This document shows, piece by piece, positions 18,383 through 20,000 of a DNA stretch of 20,000 nt. This DNA comes from an uncultured virus (IMG/VR IMGVR_UViG_3300020183_000058) (lineage: Duplodnaviria; Heunggongvirae; Uroviricota; Caudoviricetes; Kyanoviridae). Position 1 is the stretch's first letter, and each line of letters starts with the position of its first letter. The stretch is taken from the IMG/VR virus record IMGVR_UViG_3300020183_000058; one strand, given 5' to 3'. The notes under the pieces were generated by a model that saw only the letters and a program-made list of their open reading frames with translations, was not told the DNA's origin and ran no database searches. Made by a program: the position numbers and the translations under genes.

Positions 18383-18447
18383 AGGATTGTGCTGTTGAGT
18401 GTTAGTGAATGTGGGGTGAGTTTAGTGTCATCACCCAGGACAGATTA

Positions 18448-18762
18448 TCATGCCAGACGCATACCATCAAAGAAAGGAATAGGACCCCCTTCCTGTTGCA
18501 CAAACCACTGAAAGTTCTTCTGAAAGACTTTCTCACCAGGGCAACCATGCACAGAGAGAAGTGCATTCAACCGAGACTTTGTGGTGACAGAATGCCATCC
18601 ACCAGAGAACAATTGAATGAAGTCATTACCAATAGATGCGATGTGATTGCCATGCAGATAGACAAACGAAACATCACCAATCGAGACGACTTGAGTGTTG
18701 CCAGACTTGAAATCTTTCTGACCGATGATAGCATCGTTCATCTTGGTTTCGATCTTACGCAT
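18448..18762 (-). CDS. Early-type hypothetical protein (104 aa, MRKIETKMNDAI...LHGNHIA...GGWHSVTTKSRLNALL)
   Basis: ORF-track frame. Start moved to ATG 18762 because the upstream start lies within the promoter/leader hairpin. First gene after a consensus sigma70 promoter. Confidence 0.8.
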   Translation of the reverse strand: MRKIETKMNDAIIGQKDFKSGNTQVVSIGDVSFVYLHGNHIASIGNDFIQLFSGGWHSVTTKSRLNALLSVHGCPGEKVFQKNFQWFVQQEGGPIPFFDGMRLA

Positions 18763-18824
18763 GAGAAAGTTGAGAGGATTTGAGAAGTTTGTGGGAGGTG
18801 GTTTCCCTTCCCTCCGATGCACTC

Positions 18825-18853
18825 AATATAGGACGGATGGGAGGGTCTGTCAA
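18825..18853 (-). promoter_or_regulatory. Sigma70-type early promoter TTGACA-N17-TATATT
   Basis: -35 at 18848-18853, -10 at 18825-18830. Followed by the leader hairpin GGAGG-GAA-GG-GAAA-CC-A-CCTCC. Confidence 0.8.
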
Positions 18854-18911
18854 GCAATTTGGGATAAGTATTGCTAATCTGTGTTATAAGGTCTTCTGAT
18901 GTCTCTGGGGG

Positions 18912-18940
18912 TTGACTCTGAGTGTTTTTCGTGATATAAT
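18912..18940 (+). promoter_or_regulatory. Divergent/antisense sigma70-type promoter TTGACT-N17-TATAAT with extended -10 (TGn)
   Basis: -35 at 18912-18917, TG at 18932-18933, TATAAT at 18935-18940. No credible + strand ORF downstream. Confidence 0.72.
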
Positions 18941-19017
18941 GCGACCTTTACTTACATCAACCAGAGACATTTGCAAGAGACATAGAGAACACTACCTATA
19001 TTCTTTTAGGTATTTCT

Positions 19018-19061
19018 TTTTCCACAACTTTTTCCACAATTTTTGTTAATTTTGTGGAAAA
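19018..19061. repeat. Three perfect TTTTCCACA 9-mers (DnaA-box-like), two direct and one inverted
   Basis: 19018-19026 (+), 19030-19038 (+), 19053-19061 (-). A degenerate CTTTCCGCA follows at 19062-19070. Confidence 0.7.
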
Positions 19062-19070
19062 CTTTCCGCA

Positions 19071-19214
19071 TCATCGATTTTGCGATTGTTCGTAGAGTTT
19101 AGCATCAAGTTTGTCTAGGTATTCATCATGGGAGAGTTGTTCTTCTACACAGAAACAATCACGGTATTCTGGATAGAGTTCTTGGTAAAGTTTGTCTGTG
19201 TTGTAGTCTTTCAT
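19071..19214 (-). CDS. Small hypothetical protein (47 aa, MKDYNTDKLYQELYPEYRDCFCVEEQLSHDEYLDKLDAKLYEQSQNR)
   Basis: Manual translation; ATGA overlap with the upstream ORF's stop. Confidence 0.65.
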   Translation of the reverse strand: MKDYNTDKLYQELYPEYRDCFCVEEQLSHDEYLDKLDAKLYEQSQNR

Positions 19215-19309
19215 TTGTTCTTTGCTGTGGGTTTGTTGTTAAAGAGAATATGCCTAATTGGTGTTTGATTTGTTTTGATCATGTGTTTGATTCGTTGTTC
19301 TCTGCTCAT
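19211..19309 (-). CDS. Very small basic hypothetical protein (32 aa, MSREQRIKHMIKTNQTPIRHILFNNKPTAKNK)
   Basis: Manual translation; ATGA overlaps at both ends. Confidence 0.6.
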   Translation of the reverse strand: MSREQRIKHMIKTNQTPIRHILFNNKPTAKNK

Positions 19310-19422
19310 TTAGATTCATCCTTGAGAGTGTTACCAACCCAGATGAAGAAATCACCTGTATTGTTGCGAAATCGTTTGGAGACGATACAACATAGAACGA
19401 GAAGTATGAAGAGAGTGTTCAT
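19306..19422 (-). CDS. Small membrane protein (38 aa, MNTLFILLVLCCIVSKRFRNNTGDFFIWVGNTLKDESK)
   Basis: Manual translation; AGGAG upstream; N-terminal hydrophobic helix. Confidence 0.65.
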   Translation of the reverse strand: MNTLFILLVLCCIVSKRFRNNTGDFFIWVGNTLKDESK

Positions 19423-19425
19423 GAA

Positions 19426-19560
19426 TTATTCTCCTTGGAGGACATCAGCAGTTGCATGAAGTAGTGTGCCTGTGGTATAACGCACTTGTGGGGAGATAAC
19501 CATGAGAATAGCAAACACGAGAACGATGAGTTTCATTTTGTTTCGTTTGTTGGTGATCAT
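19426..19560 (-). CDS. Small membrane protein (44 aa, MITNKRNKMKLIVLVFAILMVISPQVRYTTGTLLHATADVLQGE)
   Basis: Manual translation; TGATG overlap with the upstream stop; hydrophobic helix; alternative start ATG 19536. Confidence 0.65.
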   Translation of the reverse strand: MITNKRNKMKLIVLVFAILMVISPQVRYTTGTLLHATADVLQGE

Positions 19561-19718
19561 CAGATGACAGAAACTTCAACCCGTTTGAGATTCAATCCAG
19601 CAAGTTGATTCAGTACACGATTGTGGATAGAATCACAGGCATTTTTAAGTTTGGAACGTTCATACCAGATAGTGATACAACCGTCGTAAGTTTGGACTTC
19701 GATTCTGATGTCTTTCAT
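19560..19718 (-). CDS. Small hypothetical protein (52 aa, MKDIRIEVQTYDGCITIWYERSKLKNACDSIHNRVLNQLAGLNLKRVEVSVI)
   Basis: Manual translation; TGATG overlaps at both ends. Confidence 0.7.
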   Translation of the reverse strand: MKDIRIEVQTYDGCITIWYERSKLKNACDSIHNRVLNQLAGLNLKRVEVSVI

Positions 19719-19981
19719 CAAACGGCACCGTTGATAGGATTACCGAACATAGCATAGTCTTTGTTATCACCAGTCACCACATAATCATGATTGAGTCTAT
19801 CTTTGATTGCGAGAGACTTTTCAACACGATTGAGAAACTTTTTAGAGATTTGATCTACACCTTTCCAGGAAAGGATTTGCATACACCACTCTTCAGAAAT
19901 GTTGCCATCGGGAGTTTCCACAGGATAGAAACCGACTAGCATTGTGCCATCGGAGGACTGTAGAGTAGGGAAGTCGATCAT
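19718..19981 (-). CDS. Hypothetical early-type protein (87 aa)
   Basis: ORF track; its stop overlaps the next start (TGATG). Confidence 0.75.
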   Translation of the reverse strand: MIDFPTLQSSDGTMLVGFYPVETPDGNISEEWCMQILSWKGVDQISKKFLNRVEKSLAIKDRLNHDYVVTGDNKDYAMFGNPINGAV

Positions 19982-20000
19982 GGTTTGAGAGGTTAGGTGG

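Noticed and set aside
18241..18441. 10-bp direct repeat CACCCAGGAC (18241-18250, 18432-18441) flanking most of the 56-aa gene
   Set aside because: Short, one copy is inside coding sequence, and no mobile-element features are present; may be chance.
18409..19459. Plus-strand ORFs 18409-18783 and 19250-19459
   Set aside because: Antisense to tiled, coupled minus-strand genes, with no convincing RBS. The 19250 ORF lies beyond the putative terminator of the + promoter.
19622..19630. DnaA-box-like CTATCCACA on the minus strand
   Set aside because: Single mismatched copy within a coding region, expected by chance.

Overview
Segment of a T4-like (myovirus) phage genome, most likely a cyanophage. 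Essentially all real genes are on the minus strand. Reading right to left: (i) a cluster of tiny early-type ORFs with near-consensus sigma70 promoters (~18.2-20 kb; most are below the ORF-track cut-off); (ii) two structured non-coding blocks (18015-18232 and 18763-19070); (iii) a late/structural module with a solo AbrB-like gene, a 1116-aa virion protein, a PAAR/gp5.4-like spike tip, several small proteins, gp25, gp6 and a giant gp7-like baseplate wedge protein (>3349 aa, runs off the left edge, so absent from the ORF track). The strongest non-coding signal is at 18825-19070: back-to-back sigma70 promoters, one antisense and enclosed by an inverted repeat, pointing into three perfect TTTTCCACA boxes, the cyanobacterial-type DnaA box. 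Other candidates are a promoter-driven G/C-tract structured element, an RBS-sequestering RNA switch upstream of the gp25/gp6/gp7 genes and a small H-type pseudoknot. All family assignments come from motif recognition by eye; no searches were run.
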